DNA from: Salisapilia sapeloensis CBS 127946
Taxonomy: Eukaryota; Protista; Oomycota
Length of the DNA stretch: 64,000 nucleotides
Direction of reading: 5' to 3'
Assembly (NCBI GenBank): GCA_023334545.1
Contig: JAADVB010000026.1
Location: 53,086 to 117,085 of the forward strand
Below the pieces are notes generated by a model. That model was given only the letters and a program-made list of their open reading frames with translations, was not told where the DNA came from and made no database searches. Positions 9,057-24,000 of the stretch are shown in pieces. The position numbers were made by a program, and so were the translations under genes. Position 1 is the stretch's first letter, and every line of letters starts with the position of its first letter.

Positions 9057-12000
9057 ATGAAGGATTGGAGATCTCGAGGTCGAGTACTACTACTTCTAGC
9101 TACATGGAGCATTGTACATGCACTTGAGGTAAACTGGCAACCTGTGCAGAGCCTGAGACCTTTTGATTTGAATGGGTATTACCCTTTACGAGGTGATTGG
9201 GCGGATTATGCTTCCGTTGATACGTGCGGTAGGCGATACGTGACTACTCGGTTTCTACCACCACAGACAAGAGAAGAGCAACGATTATCTGGAACGCTCT
9301 TGGAAGAAGTGAGTAGTATACATGTACCAGTTCCGACGGATGAACTGACTCGTCGGACTGTTGGTGCATGGATTTATCTGAGTGCAAAGCATGCGCAATA
9401 TTCAGGGTATGGATTTTCATTGCGTAGAATGTAGATGTATCTTATCAGATTTATTGTGTATGTTTAGATGCATCTTATCCTATGGTTGGGGAAGTCTTTG
9501 CATTCGTCGTGACCAATGGGAGCTTTCTGGGAAACTTGTGGACGAACTTGAGGTCACGTATGGACAATGGATGTTTGTTGCCGTCGTATATGGCAATGGA
9601 ACTCTCGGAGAACAAACGAAAATATTCATTAATGGAGAGATGCACATGCTGTCACATCTAAGCTCTCCAGGCCAAGATCTATCTGATCTAGTTATTGGTG
9701 CGGAGTCGGACACGATCAAGAATGGGTTTCGAGGAAGGATAAAAGATCTTTTCCTTTACGATACCCAACTAAGTTCTGGTGAGCTACAATATCTCATGAC
9801 AACCAAATTACCATCAGTAACAGCAAATATGATGGCCTTGGAGATGTCTCCACTAAGTGGGAGATCTTTCCTACTCTTGCCACTGCCAGATATGGACCAA
9901 GCTGCTCTTAAACTAAGTATGTGGGTAGCCTTGGATGCTTATCCAGCTGATCATACAGCGCTAGTAGAATACGTTGCACTAAGCAAGTCGAAAAGACTTT
10001 CGCTTTGGGCAGAGATAGACAATTCCTCTGGATTATACCAGCTCAAGGCGACATTGCACACATACATACTTCAGAACGAAGACCGCGTATGGGAATTTCC
10101 ACGCACTCAGATAAAAGGAAGACGCCAATGGCAGCATATTGCGATTGAGTGGAGTAACGATCAAGTAGTAGTCAACATCGATAGCAACGAGCCTGTACGT
10201 TTGTACACAAAAGATCATATCAAACTCCCCACATAACACATATACGAGTAGGTTCTGATCCAAGACAGCAGCTTTAATTGGGCAGATGATGTACATGAAA
10301 TTCGCATTGGCTCCGAGAGTGTGATCGATCACGACGGGACGGACTACACGCATATAAATGAAAAGCTGCTTTCCTTTGTAGGTCAGATTGCAAAGGTGAA
10401 TCTGCTACTGAGCAACAATGAACATGACCCTGTCCGTGGATACTGGAGCCTACGACATACTAACTCCCCGCTTGTATTCGAAAACGAATTGGCGATGCCG
10501 AACGTAGCACTCAACCTCCAAGTCCGATTCATATCTTATCCATACAAGACATCGCTTGGGTCGCTCCTATTCAGTGAGGTATATTCCAATATGCCAAAAG
10601 ACCCTATCGAATCGGACTCCAGCGATGATAACTTTATCAGACTGCCAACCGTAAGGGAACTCGTCCCACGCGCCGGATTCAGCGCTGAGTCGTACAATGT
10701 TGCCGTCCATGGCGATAATTTAGATGGACTGGTCTCGCCTTTCAGTAGAATCCTCTGTGCGTTCGGAGACCTTACGCAGACACCAGCTACAGTGCTTAAC
10801 GATACGATCTTGGAATGTACTATACCAGCGACAAAGGTCGAAAACACTGTACAGTCTTTAGACTTGTCACTTTCAACAGCAAATTTCCAAAAGATGCATA
10901 CAACAATGACATTTATGAGCATCCCTCCGCCAACACTTACTGAAATTCGACCTAGCAAACTACTTGCTGGAACCTTTGTTACCTTAACTATTAAAGGATT
11001 TCAATTCTATGAACAAGTGAACTACTACGTACGTATAGGTATGCATGCCGAATGTCGGGCAGAGCGAATTGACACGACAACACTGAAATGTCAAGTTGTT
11101 GCACCGAGTAGTGACAGTGTCGTTACCGTTGGGATATCTGTAGACGGTGACAGCTATAGAGACTCTTCTGTACGTGCTTTCGTAAGACAAGCACTCGATA
11201 ACTATGTCGAAGTATCACCACGAGCTATACCTCACGACAGTCAAGTTCCAATCACTGTCTGTGGTGGCAACTTTGCCGATGATCTAACTTGCACATGGAC
11301 GTGTGACAGCAAAGTTTCCTCCTCATCTGCTAAAATTCTTTCGTCTTCGTGTATTATTTGCCAATCTCCATCACCAACAAAGACAGATATGTGCACTTTA
11401 CAAGTAAAGGAGGAAGGCTATGAGTACGTTTATGCTTCAGCTACAGTCGAATTGTACATTCCACCTCAACTTCATAGCGCAAAGCTTGTCGACGATGTAT
11501 TTCCACCCGAAGTACATCTACGAGGCAGGAACTTTGATGGTAAATGGGGGTTCTCTTGTCGATATGAAAAGCAACTAGCTATTCCAGGAACAGTACAAAA
11601 TAGTACAAGTGCAACGTGTTCTTTTCCTGCTACTTCAATACAACAGTACTTGGAAGAATACGATATATCCGTCCAAGTATCGAATAACGGACTGCACTAT
11701 GCGGAAGACAAGAGTAGTATGAAAGTAGCTCCCAAGTCATTCGTGACATCCTTACATCCAAAACTAGTGCTCCCAAGTACCAACTTGAATGTCATGGTAG
11801 AAGGATTCCATATCCCTACACAAGATGTACGTTGCTCATTTGACGCTCCCATTGACACCAATCATCTACCAGAGCCAAACTCATTCTTTCAGTGCAACAT
11901 GAATACAATAGATAAGACGGGAGTACTTGAGGTAGTAGATACTAGGTCAAAATATCTTCCAGATCTCTCGTCTCCACTTTCTATTCATGTACTGGAGTAT

Positions 12001-15000
12001 GCAGTGCTTTATCATGTGCATCCGAACGAAGGAGCTGCAGGTGGACATACTGATGTGCTGATCGAAGGCACTGGATTCTCTCAATTTCATGATTTGCAGT
12101 GCGTCTTTGGGAATCAGGAAACGCCAGCGATAATTGTTGATGATGCTAGAGTTTTCTGTACGGCACCTTCGAGCCAAGTGAAGGAGGTGGAGCTGTATGT
12201 CCAATGGGAAGGGGAAGGTGCTTCATTCAACACACTGCCTTTTGTCTATCGAGTATCACCAGTCTTCACGGATATCCATCCATCGTATGGTGTCGTACAA
12301 GGTGGATCGACAATTGAAGTGTATGGAAGTGCATTCAACCCATCCGACGTATACTTCTGTCAGTTTGGTAGTGATAGCATACAGACAGAGTACCTGAGTT
12401 CTACCAACTTGCAGCTGCAAGTACCTCCATCGCCATGGCGTGTCGGAGAAGGAACCGTATCGTGCTTTGCGAGTGGCGTCGTAACAGCATCAGTGACGTT
12501 CAACTTCACATACGTTCCGAGTCCTATGCTCTATCAAGTCAGTCCTGCATTCGGTTCCGATACCACACCTACTCGCTTGTACTTGTTTGGGAGTAGCTTT
12601 ACGCCATCACTACCACTGTATTGTCGTATTGGAGATGTAATGTCACTTGCAAATGTGACGTCGATGACATCAGCTGAGTGTCTTGCTACCCCTCAAGCAG
12701 TTGGGCCTGTGGATGTGACAGTAAGCTTGGATAACGCAGCTGTACTATCACTACAAACGTGCTCTCGTTGCTTTCGCTTTATCCGTGATCCAAAGGTCTT
12801 GGAGGTATATCCGCCGATTGGGAGTGATCTAGGCAATACGCTATTAGTACTTCGAGGTGCGCACTTCCCAGAGGTATCAGAGCTCAGTTGTATTTTTTTC
12901 ACTCAGAATGCTTTGCTGACGCATACAACGATCGGAGTTCGTCTAAATGATGAAAGCGTCAAGTGTTTAACGCCTGCGATGAGTCCAGGACATTACAGTC
13001 TTCACATTCAATTCGGTAACGAAGCGATATCTTCTTCAATTGATTTTCTCTCCGCAGGTATTGCTTTCCTCTAAAAAGTCAATGATTTTAGTGATAGCTA
13101 ATCTGCTTTGTAGCTAATCCTCGTATCACCTTACTTGACCCGTCAAGTGGGGTTGAAGGGAAGAAGACTGTACTCATGATAAAAGGAGAGGGATTTATCG
13201 AGTCCGATTCATTCAGATGTCAGGTAGGCAGATCACTTATTCCAGGGGCTGTGCTGAATAGCACGAACGCTGAATGTTACGTTCCAGCTTTACCAAGCGG
13301 AACGTATAGCATACAAGTAAGCAATAACGATGTGGAGTATACGAGAGAGGCAGTAGACCTCAAGATATATTCGATTATGACTGTTGACTACGTCACCCCA
13401 GTTGTCGGCTTTACCGGGCAAGATGTCATGGTCAGCATCATTGGTCGCCACTTTGCTCTTGCAAGACCAGTATCGATAAAGATTACATCGACTGGCATCA
13501 CACTCCCATGTGAATATATCAGTGAAACGCTGTCACAATGCATAATATCTGCATTTGATCACGACTCGGACATGACATCCACTCGATTAATTGTGTTAGA
13601 TCGTACTTCCATGGACATGCTATTCGAAACAGCATTTGACTCGTATCCGCCGCTAGATATATCTAGCATATACCCTGGAGTCGTAACTGGAGATGAGCAT
13701 GTCGTCGTTGAGATGGAAGATTCGCTCATTTCTGGTGCTAGAATTCCAACGGAAAGAGTATACTGTCTCACAGAGACAGTATCCACCCGATCGATTCCTA
13801 TTGACGATACGAAGGTTTTTTGCTACCTTCCGAGTCGCATGCCTGGTACATCTACGATTCAAGTATGCTACGACGGATTCGTCTGTTCTGAAAAGTTCCA
13901 AATCGAATATGCACAAGTTCCAAAGCTACTTAATGTATTTCCACAAGCAGGGTATGAAGATGGTGGTCTCCAACTTACTCTCACAGGTCGTAACTTTCCG
14001 CTTACTGGACATACTTCATGCTACTTTGGAGATATCCGATCGACAGGAACGATCGTGAATCAAACGATTATACACTGCGAAACGCCATCGCATGTAGCAG
14101 ACTGTCTTCCACTTGCTTTAGAAATTAATAACAAGAGGTATATTAGCGACGAAGCTACCTTTTGTTTCGAAGTCAAGCCATTGATGACAAGCATTCAACC
14201 ATATGCTGGGTCAGAAGATGGAAATAGTCACGTCTTGATCCATGGACAACAATTCAATCTAGCTGGAACTTACCTATGCGTCTTTGGCTCGATCGAAGTA
14301 CCTGCCTTAGTGCTTTCAACAGTTCAATTGCTTTGCACGACACCGCCTCATGCTTCAGGTTCTGTACAAGTGAGCTTTAAGAGAGTAGGTATACCTTCCT
14401 TCGATGTACAATACCAGACGTACGAGTACCGTCCACCTCCAATCGTAACGTCGATCATGCCTGAGTTCGGCGTCAAGGAAGGTAACTACGACATTATCAT
14501 TCATGGAAGTCACTTCATAAATAATCCGGATCTGTATTGTCGCCTTGGTATGTTGGATATGATCCGAGCGGAGTGGATAGCAGAGAGTAAAGTGCGTTGT
14601 CGAGTCCCACCTTTAGACCCAGGACGGATGGCTCTATCTATCACTACGAACGGACAGGACTTTTCGAACGATAGCATTTGGTTCGAGGTAGTTCCACAAC
14701 CGACTCTTGTATCTTTCTCACCTACGACAGTGCAATGGATGGATGACTTAACCTTATTGATACAAGGAACAGACTTTCGTAATTCGACTGGCCTTCGATG
14801 CTTACTTGGAGAAGAAGTAATTGATGCAGTCTACATCTCTAGCTCCATTATCGAATGCTTTGTAACGGCGCTAGGTACAAGCACAATGAGTGTTGGTTTC
14901 ATCGACATGGACGTTGCCATGCAAGTCCAGTATGCTCCAAAAACGTTGAACATTGAACAGGTACAAGCTTGGACAAGCTCTCCGTCCATTGGATCCGTAG

Positions 15001-18000
15001 GAGGCGGTACACTCGTTTCTCTTCAACCGACAAGTGCTGTCGGTACATTATTAGCTGGGGAGTACTTGTGTCAATTTTGCGATATAGATAAAGTCTGCTC
15101 GAACACAACGGCAGTCGCTATCGTCATTAGCCCATCCGAATTAAAGTGTCGAACTCCACCTTGGCATGGGCAAGCCACGAAAGGAATGCTACATGTCCAC
15201 TCCATTGATAAAAGTGAAGGGAAAACGGATATTATAGCTCCATTCTACTATCACAGCTCTATGCAGGTCTTATCTCTCGATCCAGAGGTTGGCCTGGAAG
15301 ACGGAGGAACAGTAGTTACCATCACAGGTCAAGGATTCCGTCGAGTCAACGGACTGCACTGCGTTTTAAATAATCATCACTTCATCCAAGGCGTATACAT
15401 CGCAGGAGATAGAATGGCATGTACGATGCCAAAGAAGATGGATGCGACACCATTTGTATCTATTGCTGTATCACTAAATGGTATCGACGTGTCCACTACA
15501 ACTCTTCGTTTTGAATATGTAGCGAAACCTTCCGTGTGGCAAGTCATCCCTTCCTCTGCTCCAGCTTCCCAACAAGTAACAGTAAAGCTTCTAGGATCAA
15601 ACTTTGTTACCGGTGCTGGCGCGAGTTGCTTTTTTGATACAACTAAAGTAGCTGCGACCGTCTTATCGTCTACAGAAGCGATCTGTCACCTTCCTCCACG
15701 AGCAGAAACTTTCGAAACGATGATGATGCGGTACTCACCAAACGGTCAGGAGTTCTCATCCGAACCTGTATACTTTTATTCCTATGTTCAACCACATCTA
15801 AAGGAAGTAGTTCCGCGCATTGGTACAGTATCAGGTGGTACAAAGCTGACGTTTCTTCTTGATAATGTTATCCCACAGCCATTACCTACAGACGTTCATT
15901 GTTTAATCGGGGAGAGGTTGGTACGAGGTAGAGTCGAAGATCCGAGTCATGTTACTTGCATGACACCCGCAGCTTCTAGTCCAGGTAAAGTCGCGATACA
16001 CTTGAGTCTCAATCGGCACAACTTCCTCGAACTACCTCCATATTGGTACGTTAATGAACCTCAGGTTACCGCCTTATCTCCCTTCATGGCATTTGCTGGT
16101 CAGCGTACCAAGGTTACTATTACTGGTTCGAATTTCCCTCGTTTGTCAACACTTGCATGTCAGTTCGGAGAAACAGATATCACCGAGGCAGAGTGGAAAT
16201 CCTCTTCGACTGTCGTATGTGAAGCACCTTCACACACACCAAAAATTGTATCCTTACGGTTTTCTGTGAATCGCATTGACTTTAAGACTAGCAACGTCAC
16301 GTTTGAATACAGAAAAGGCATGTCCAAGGTGATGTATAGTCCCTCATCCGGTCCAACGACAGGTGGAACGCTTCTTACGATTGAAACTACTGGAGAAACC
16401 GCTCGATGCACAAAACTTGCATGTCAATTCGATATCATAACAGTGCCTGCATGGAAAAAGAGCGAAGCTATTTTAGTTTGCTCATCTCCAAGTCACGATA
16501 AAGCTGGTTCTGTAAGTGTAGCTGTCATGTGCGAGTCAAATATGGTACTGCAGCTGCATCCTATATTCGAGTACTATTCTTCGCCAACTCTACTCCATGT
16601 CTTTCCATGGTCTATCCCATTCAACATCCCGTCTCATTTAACACTAGTTGGAGAGAGCTTTGCTATTGACCAAGTGATTTATTGTCGCTTTGATCAGTCT
16701 GTGATTGAACCTGGCATCGTGCTAAACTCCACAGCCGTCCAGTGTCGAGTACCAATGGAAGTATTCGTACCTGGACGTCAGTACTTGACTGTTGATCTGT
16801 CGAGAAACGGACAAGACTTCACGACAGATAGTGTTAGCGTCAAGATCACACCTCAGCTTCGAATTGCGAGTGTCGAGCCTGTGGATATCGTCGTCGGTAG
16901 ACAGCAGTCGATCACGATCTATACGCTACATCCAGTTGACTCGCTGCATCCAATGTGCCGACTAGGTGAGACGTACGCAGTCTCAGCTACTGTCGTTACG
17001 CCAACTAGCATCAAATGCTTGCTTCCGCTCATGTATCGTACGAACAACGTAAAATTGTTCTTGTCAACGAATGGTGTCGACTACACGGATGTTCAAGACA
17101 TTTCCATTCATCAACTGCCTCAAGTATCTCCTGATCAACATGGAGGTGGAACATTTGATGGTGGTGAAATGTTCACTGTAAAAGGCAGAGATTTCTTTTC
17201 CGGATTAAAACTCTTTTGTGTATTCATGGGAAGTGAGAGCGAAGCCATGGTGATCAGTACGACTGAAATTTCCTGTAAAGTACCATCATTTCATGTAACC
17301 TTGCTGACTAGTAGTCCAGTGGGACCTGTACAAGCTGACGTTCGTATTCTCATGGTCATTGGTGATGAATACGTGCAGTTACATAAGAGCGGTGATATCC
17401 ATTGGATGTACTACCCTCGTACAACTGTCCTCGACGTGTCTCCACGACATATCTTTCACTCTACACCAACGACAATATCGGTTGATGTATCCAGTGCTAT
17501 TGCACCGTGGGTTAATGCTATTATGGTTGATGGAAATGAAGTCGAACCAACTTCCATTGATCTGCTGCACTCGTACCAAACAGCTACAGGCACTAAGGTA
17601 GAACTTAGCGTCGTTTTCCCAGAGCCAATGTCGTATTATCTTCAGCTCCGATACACGGACGGTGTCAGGATTGGTGAACCATTCGTCATAACAGCACATG
17701 AACATATTGCTGTCCATAACTTGGCGCCAACGTCAGGTCCGCAGTATGGTGGAACGCTCGTGACTGTCGAGATATCTGGCATTAACTTGCTGACAGAGAT
17801 CGTCCACTGTATCTTCGGACAGGATAAAGCTGTGGCTACGTCTGTGAATATGTCTCACGTCATGTGTGTGTCTCCACCATCGCATGCTACCGACGCAGTC
17901 GTATTTGGTCTTGAAGTGGAAGATGGACCTGTGTTCTTTTCAACACATCGCTATTCTTATCTACAGAATCCAACACTTCTGTCGATCTTCCCAGAGGATA

Positions 18001-21000
18001 TTCGAAATGGACATAACTCTACCTTGCAGCTATATGGCAACAACCTTCCTGTCAAAACATGCAAAAGTGCATCCTGTCAAATCGGCCAAGTAAGAGTGAG
18101 TGGAAAGTTGATCAGTGGTGAAGAAGCAATTTGCTATTTGACATTGATTCAACCTGGAACATACAGTGTATCTTTATGGTGTGGAAGTGATCAATTCGAA
18201 ATAAAGACTCAACAGTTACGAGTATTGGATGCATTACGTGTGACCAAGATCTTGCCTCCGCAAGTCCCTATTAACTCAACAACGGACATTATCATCCTGG
18301 GTAGAAACTTCCTTGGGTACACTGATGTGAGATGCAGCTTTGGTGAAGAAGTAGCGGTAGTGAATGCAGAAGTACTGGATAATTCTCGAGTGCATTGTCA
18401 AGTTCCAAAGATGACGTCTCAAGTAATCATGACTGTATCTCTTACAGCCAGTCGCACGTCCAGCAACGCCTTACTTCTTCCAATCATTGCGCCTTTGCTG
18501 TTAGAATCACTTACGCCGTTGTTCGGAACTGCGGACGGTGGCTCGAATGTTGTGATAAACACAAAGAACACTGTACTAGGAAAGCACAGCAACATCTATT
18601 GTAACTTTGGAACAGAACAAGTCCCAGCTATCATTGTATCTGCAAACCAAATCGAATGCATATCGCCACCTCATACTCCAGGCATCCTCCACGTGACTAT
18701 CTCGGGCGATGCAAGTTCTGCGGAGGGAGCCTACTTGGTATATAGATACGTTGATAATGTGCTTATCGCAGAGCTTGCACCAAGCATCGCGTCTGTAAAC
18801 AACGGGCAGTCGTTCCTACTTACACTTTCATCCGATATTTCCAGTATACGCAGCATAGCTAGACCTTATTGTCTAGTCGATTCGATACGCGCCAACGCTG
18901 AGATTGTTTCAGGGATAGAAGTCATATGCCGCACTATGCATGGTCTAGTAGCAGGACGAAGCACACTTCAGCTATCTCTAAACGGAAAAGATCTTCTACA
19001 AGGCTCGCAGTCGTTTGTAGCTGTCGATCACCAACGTATCATGCACGTAGATCCTTCCGTTGGAAGCTCAGAAGGTGGAACGCACATTACACTCACCTTA
19101 GACAAATATTTGGAGCCTTCAGCGGCATATGAATGTCAGTTTAGATCTGCCACAAGAGAGCAAGTATCTCGTGCGGTCGTCAGCAGCTCCAAGTCCATCA
19201 TTTGTACAAGTCCTCCTAATCCGCAACTTGGAAGCACATTCATAGATGTCTTGCATAATGGAACGAGAATAACTTATGATGCAGCAACCTTCCGATATAT
19301 CCACGTACCTGTTCTAAGCTCTCTGCGTCCATCTACGATACAAGCGGTCAAGACTGGAACCATATCTTTAGTAGGCAATAACTTTGACAGCAGTGTCAAC
19401 TACTACTGTGAGATCGGTGCAACAAGTCGAGGGAGAGTTCGTGTCATAAGTCCATCTTTGCTGGAATGTAACTACTCTGAAGTAAGCCCTGGAAACTACA
19501 GCGTTTCTATATCTTGGAACGATCAAGAACGCTTTTACCTATCAGACAAGCTCCACGTTTCAACTGAAGTGTCTGTAAATTCAATAGCTCCTTTACATGG
19601 TGATCCAAAGCTACAAAATACTATTCGCATCATGGGCATTGGATTTGTATCATCTGCGAACTACTACTGCCGTCTGGATAAAGCCACAGTAGTCGCGAGT
19701 TTTATATCTACTTCTTGGATCGAATGCACGATACCTCCTTTCGATAAGAATACTTTATTCGAATACTGTACACCAGTAAACGTCTTGGTCGATTTAGAAG
19801 TGATATCTACTTCACATCGCTTCTGTTTCATCGAGCCACCATCGCTATCCAGTGTTATGCCTAGTGCCTCGAGCTTGGAGGGTGGGAATAGTATTAGCAT
19901 AGCTGGCGTCTACAACAGCTCGTTGGAGTACGAATGTGTTTTCGACACACTTCCAGTTAAGGCGGTGCTACATGATAATGGAGACGTTTTGCGATGCATA
20001 ACGCCAGAGATCTCACTCTCCACCACATCCAATATTTACGTCCAAGTCCATGATAGCAATATTCGATCAGAAGCCTTTCTGTTGAAACGCTTCGAGCAAC
20101 CAAATATACTGGATATATCTCCGTCGACTCTTCGATCATCAGGTGGAGAATCGCTCTTTATCCATGGTGAAAATCTTGCTGGCACAGGACAAGCTTTTAT
20201 TCAGATTGGACATGATACGACTGTAGCATGCCATATCATCTCATCACGATTAGTAGAATGTGTCGCACCTCCACATAGCTCCGGATATGCACTTGTGATG
20301 CTATCGATCAACAAATACGATTATATTAACAGCCAACTGGTTGTTTACTATGTAGATGATTTAGAAGCGCTCGTCGTTTCTCCCAGTATAGTGTCTTCCG
20401 AGGGAAGTACAACGCTCCATATATCGCTCGAGTTGAAGCATACAGGATTTGCTGCCGAGTGTCTCTTCCTTACAGACAGAAATGAATTAATTCAGCCTGC
20501 ATCAGTCGATTGGAAGCTACGTAGTGCTACATGCAGAACACCGTCATTTCTAAAGACGACTGTCGTCACCGTTGGTATGATTCTAGATGGCAAAATTCGC
20601 CTTTACGCAAGCTCTGTGCTGAAAGTGATCAAACCACCTTCTATCACCTCCATCTCTCCACTGATAGTGTCAAGTGCAGGGGAGACACCGATAACAATTT
20701 GTGGGGATCACTTTGAGAACGTTCAGCACTGTGTATTCAATCAAAAGGCATATATTAAAGTCCAAGACTCTCAGCCAGGATGCATTACATGCCAAGCGTC
20801 ACCTTCGTCTGACTTTGGTAAGAACGTTCAAGCAGTTTCTGTAAGCATTGCTGTAGATGATCACATTCGTTCCAATGAGATTGTATTGTCGTACTACCCT
20901 CCTGTCGAGATCCAACAAGTCATTGCACGCAAGACTGCTGGTCCGTCACGGATATTCACAGTCATTGGGTATAACTTTAAAGCAACCAAGGAGTTTCATT

Positions 21001-24000
21001 GTCGCATTGGTGAGGTGGTCTCATCTAGAGCAATCTTAAAGAGTGAAAACAGAGTAGAATGTGATATGCCTGTCGAAAGGATGATCAACGCTAGCCTTGG
21101 CGTTACCCTCAACGGAGTGGACTTCGCTGACTTTAAGCTAGACGAACAAGAGGACGCTTACGTTGCCATAGACGCCATTGTACCCTCCAATGGTCCTCGA
21201 CAAGGTGGCACGCAGGTCACTGTACATCTCTACAACGCACAAGCTTTGTATCAAATGGATGGTATTGTTAGCTACTGTGCTTTTGGAGAGCACAAAGTTC
21301 GCGCAGCACTTGAGAAAGATACTTTTACCTGTACCTCACCGGCATCGATAGACATTGGTGCCGCTGATTTCCAATTCCTTTGGATACAACAGAATTCTTT
21401 GCAACAAGAATATGCTCTACTGCCTGTTCATTTTGAATACGAGGAACTCCCGCTGCTGTCAGAGATTGTTGTGCATACGGATGATGCAACTGGAAGCCCA
21501 TTCGTTTATCTCTATGGCGATCATTTCAAACCAACGATGTCAGTGCGTCTAGGTACAGCCAGCGGTGTTTGGGGTGTAACGGCTAGTCAAGCGTCGACCA
21601 ACATGCTTGTAGTCTCTGATTTAGATCAACGTTTATCAGGAGCAGTTGCCATTTCCATCTCTACAAATGGTATTGATTATAGTCCTTCTCTCACATACTA
21701 CTTCCATCCGTATGCTAGTATCATCTCTGTGGTACCTGAAGAAATAGTTATCGACGACGCTCTGCAGTCATTTACTATAACAGTTCATGGATACGGATTT
21801 GAGGAATACATGCATGAAGCCATATTGTGCATTGTTGGAGAAGAACCCCCTTCGGTTGCAACGTTGGTTTCTGATACAAGGCTAGTGTGTCAAATACCGA
21901 GGTTGCCTGTTGGAGACTACCAATTCCAGCTTTCACTAAATGGTCATCACTTTAATAGTAACGAGAAACGATTGCTGTACAGAGAATCTGTAATGCTGTA
22001 TGGAATAGCGCCGTCGTATGGAGATGTCGGTGGTGGGACTCAAGTTACTATCCATGGGTCTGGCATCGATAGGAACTCGTCTAGCTTGTACTGCTACTTT
22101 GGCAGTCGATCATCTGAGCTGATCTCTATAAATGCTACAAGTGCAGTCTGCTATAGTCCTCCTCGCATGGATATAGGACCCGTGCCGTTCTTACTTGGTT
22201 TCATTAATGGCCAAACCTTGTCCAGTACGATCCCAATGGACTTTACGTATACTATGCGACCATCTATCTCTTCCGTGTACCCGGACACTATTATCGTTGA
22301 CCAAGTACATGTGATACGTGTGTCTGGGCAGAACTTTATCAACTCGCCAGTCTTGACATGTAAAATCGGAGACTCAACCATTTCTGCAAGCTACGTATCG
22401 TCTACAGAGATACAATGCCAAGGAAAGGTGTCGAGAGAAGCTTCAAGCGATGATGTACGAAGTCTACAAGTATCGAACAACGGATATGACTTCCCACCTA
22501 GTGAAAGCAGCATTTATCTCTTAAAGCCAATCGCAATAAGTGCGATGTATCCGTCTCGTGGACGTGTGAATGAAGAAAACGATGTAGTCATATGTGGTAG
22601 CGGGTTCCCGATCTCCAAACGTCTATCCTGCATGGTAGGTGAAAGCTTTATCGTTGAGGCACTGGCGCTATCAAACGTATGTATCCAATGCACATTCCCA
22701 TCATTCCGATACCCTACAAGAGTCCAAGTCATGTTCTCGGTAAATGGCGTCACGTATACGGATACCAGTCTGCCTTATACATACGAAGCAGAACCTATCT
22801 TATACAGCATCTATCCAAAGCTAGGTGCAATCGATGGTGGTACTCTTGTGCAAGTATATGGAGACGGCTTTACTTCATCCATGCCACTTTACTGTGTCTT
22901 TGGTGGAGTCGTCAGTCAAGCTGTCTATAGCTCTCCAACTGAACTCATTTGTGTATCCCCTCCAGCTATACCTGCGACTCCAAACACTGTCATTGTCTCT
23001 GTTTCTAAATTTACCGATGGAACGCAGCCTTCCGTTAACTTTAGTCCTGACGTTGATGAAGATGTAACGTTCACCTATGTCAACCTTCCAGCGCTCAACT
23101 CTTTCAGTCCAACGTTGACGCTTTGGAAAAAGCCCGTGCGTGTATGTGTCTGGACGACAGGTATGGAGATAACCGCGACTTCTGCTTGCAGGTTTGGGGA
23201 TATCAACGTTCCGATTGAGAGGGGGCAAGATGTAGACTTTGCGGAAGTTTGCTGCATGTCTCCTGAGCTACCCGTCGGAGATTATGTGCTGGAGGTGTCG
23301 AGTAATGGCCAGGACTTTAGTCAATCGAATCAAGTCTTTAGTGTCATGCCAGCTCCGCTTGTAACTACAACACAGTTGCATAACTCAAGTCGACACCTTT
23401 TGAGTATTTCTGGCAAGGACGTAGCTCAGATGGGTGATATCGACTGTCTGTTTTCTAATAGCCGAGTACGTGCAGTTGCTGTCACACCGATAGATGTAGA
23501 GTGTATTGCTCCTGAAGGTTTACCCATGTCAGAGCTTGAACAAGTTCTCGTGGTGTCTAGTAATGCAGTACACATTCAGGACACTTCCCTTGCTACTGTC
23601 ATCTCCACAAGTCCTACGGTCGGAGGAGCAAATGGTGGGACACTAGTTGAGGTACATGTAGACAAGCCACTGGAAGGCGATGACGTCATGTGCGTATTTG
23701 GAGAAATTGAATCTCCAGCGAATGTTACGAGCGGTACGAGCGTAGTCTGCCTGTCTCCATCTTATCTCCCAGGTTCCGTTCTCGTCCGCCTTCGTGTTAT
23801 CCTCGACGCCTACAATCAGAGTTCTCTCGAAACAACTTCAGTTACCGAGTTCACCTATCATGAAAACTTGTCTATTGACAGTTGCTCACCGACGCATGGT
23901 CCGCTAGGAGGAGGGACTAGGATCGAGCTGTATGGACGCTCATTTGTAGAAAAAATGACGTGTAGATTCGATATCTTCATCCCTCATTTGGATAAAGTTA

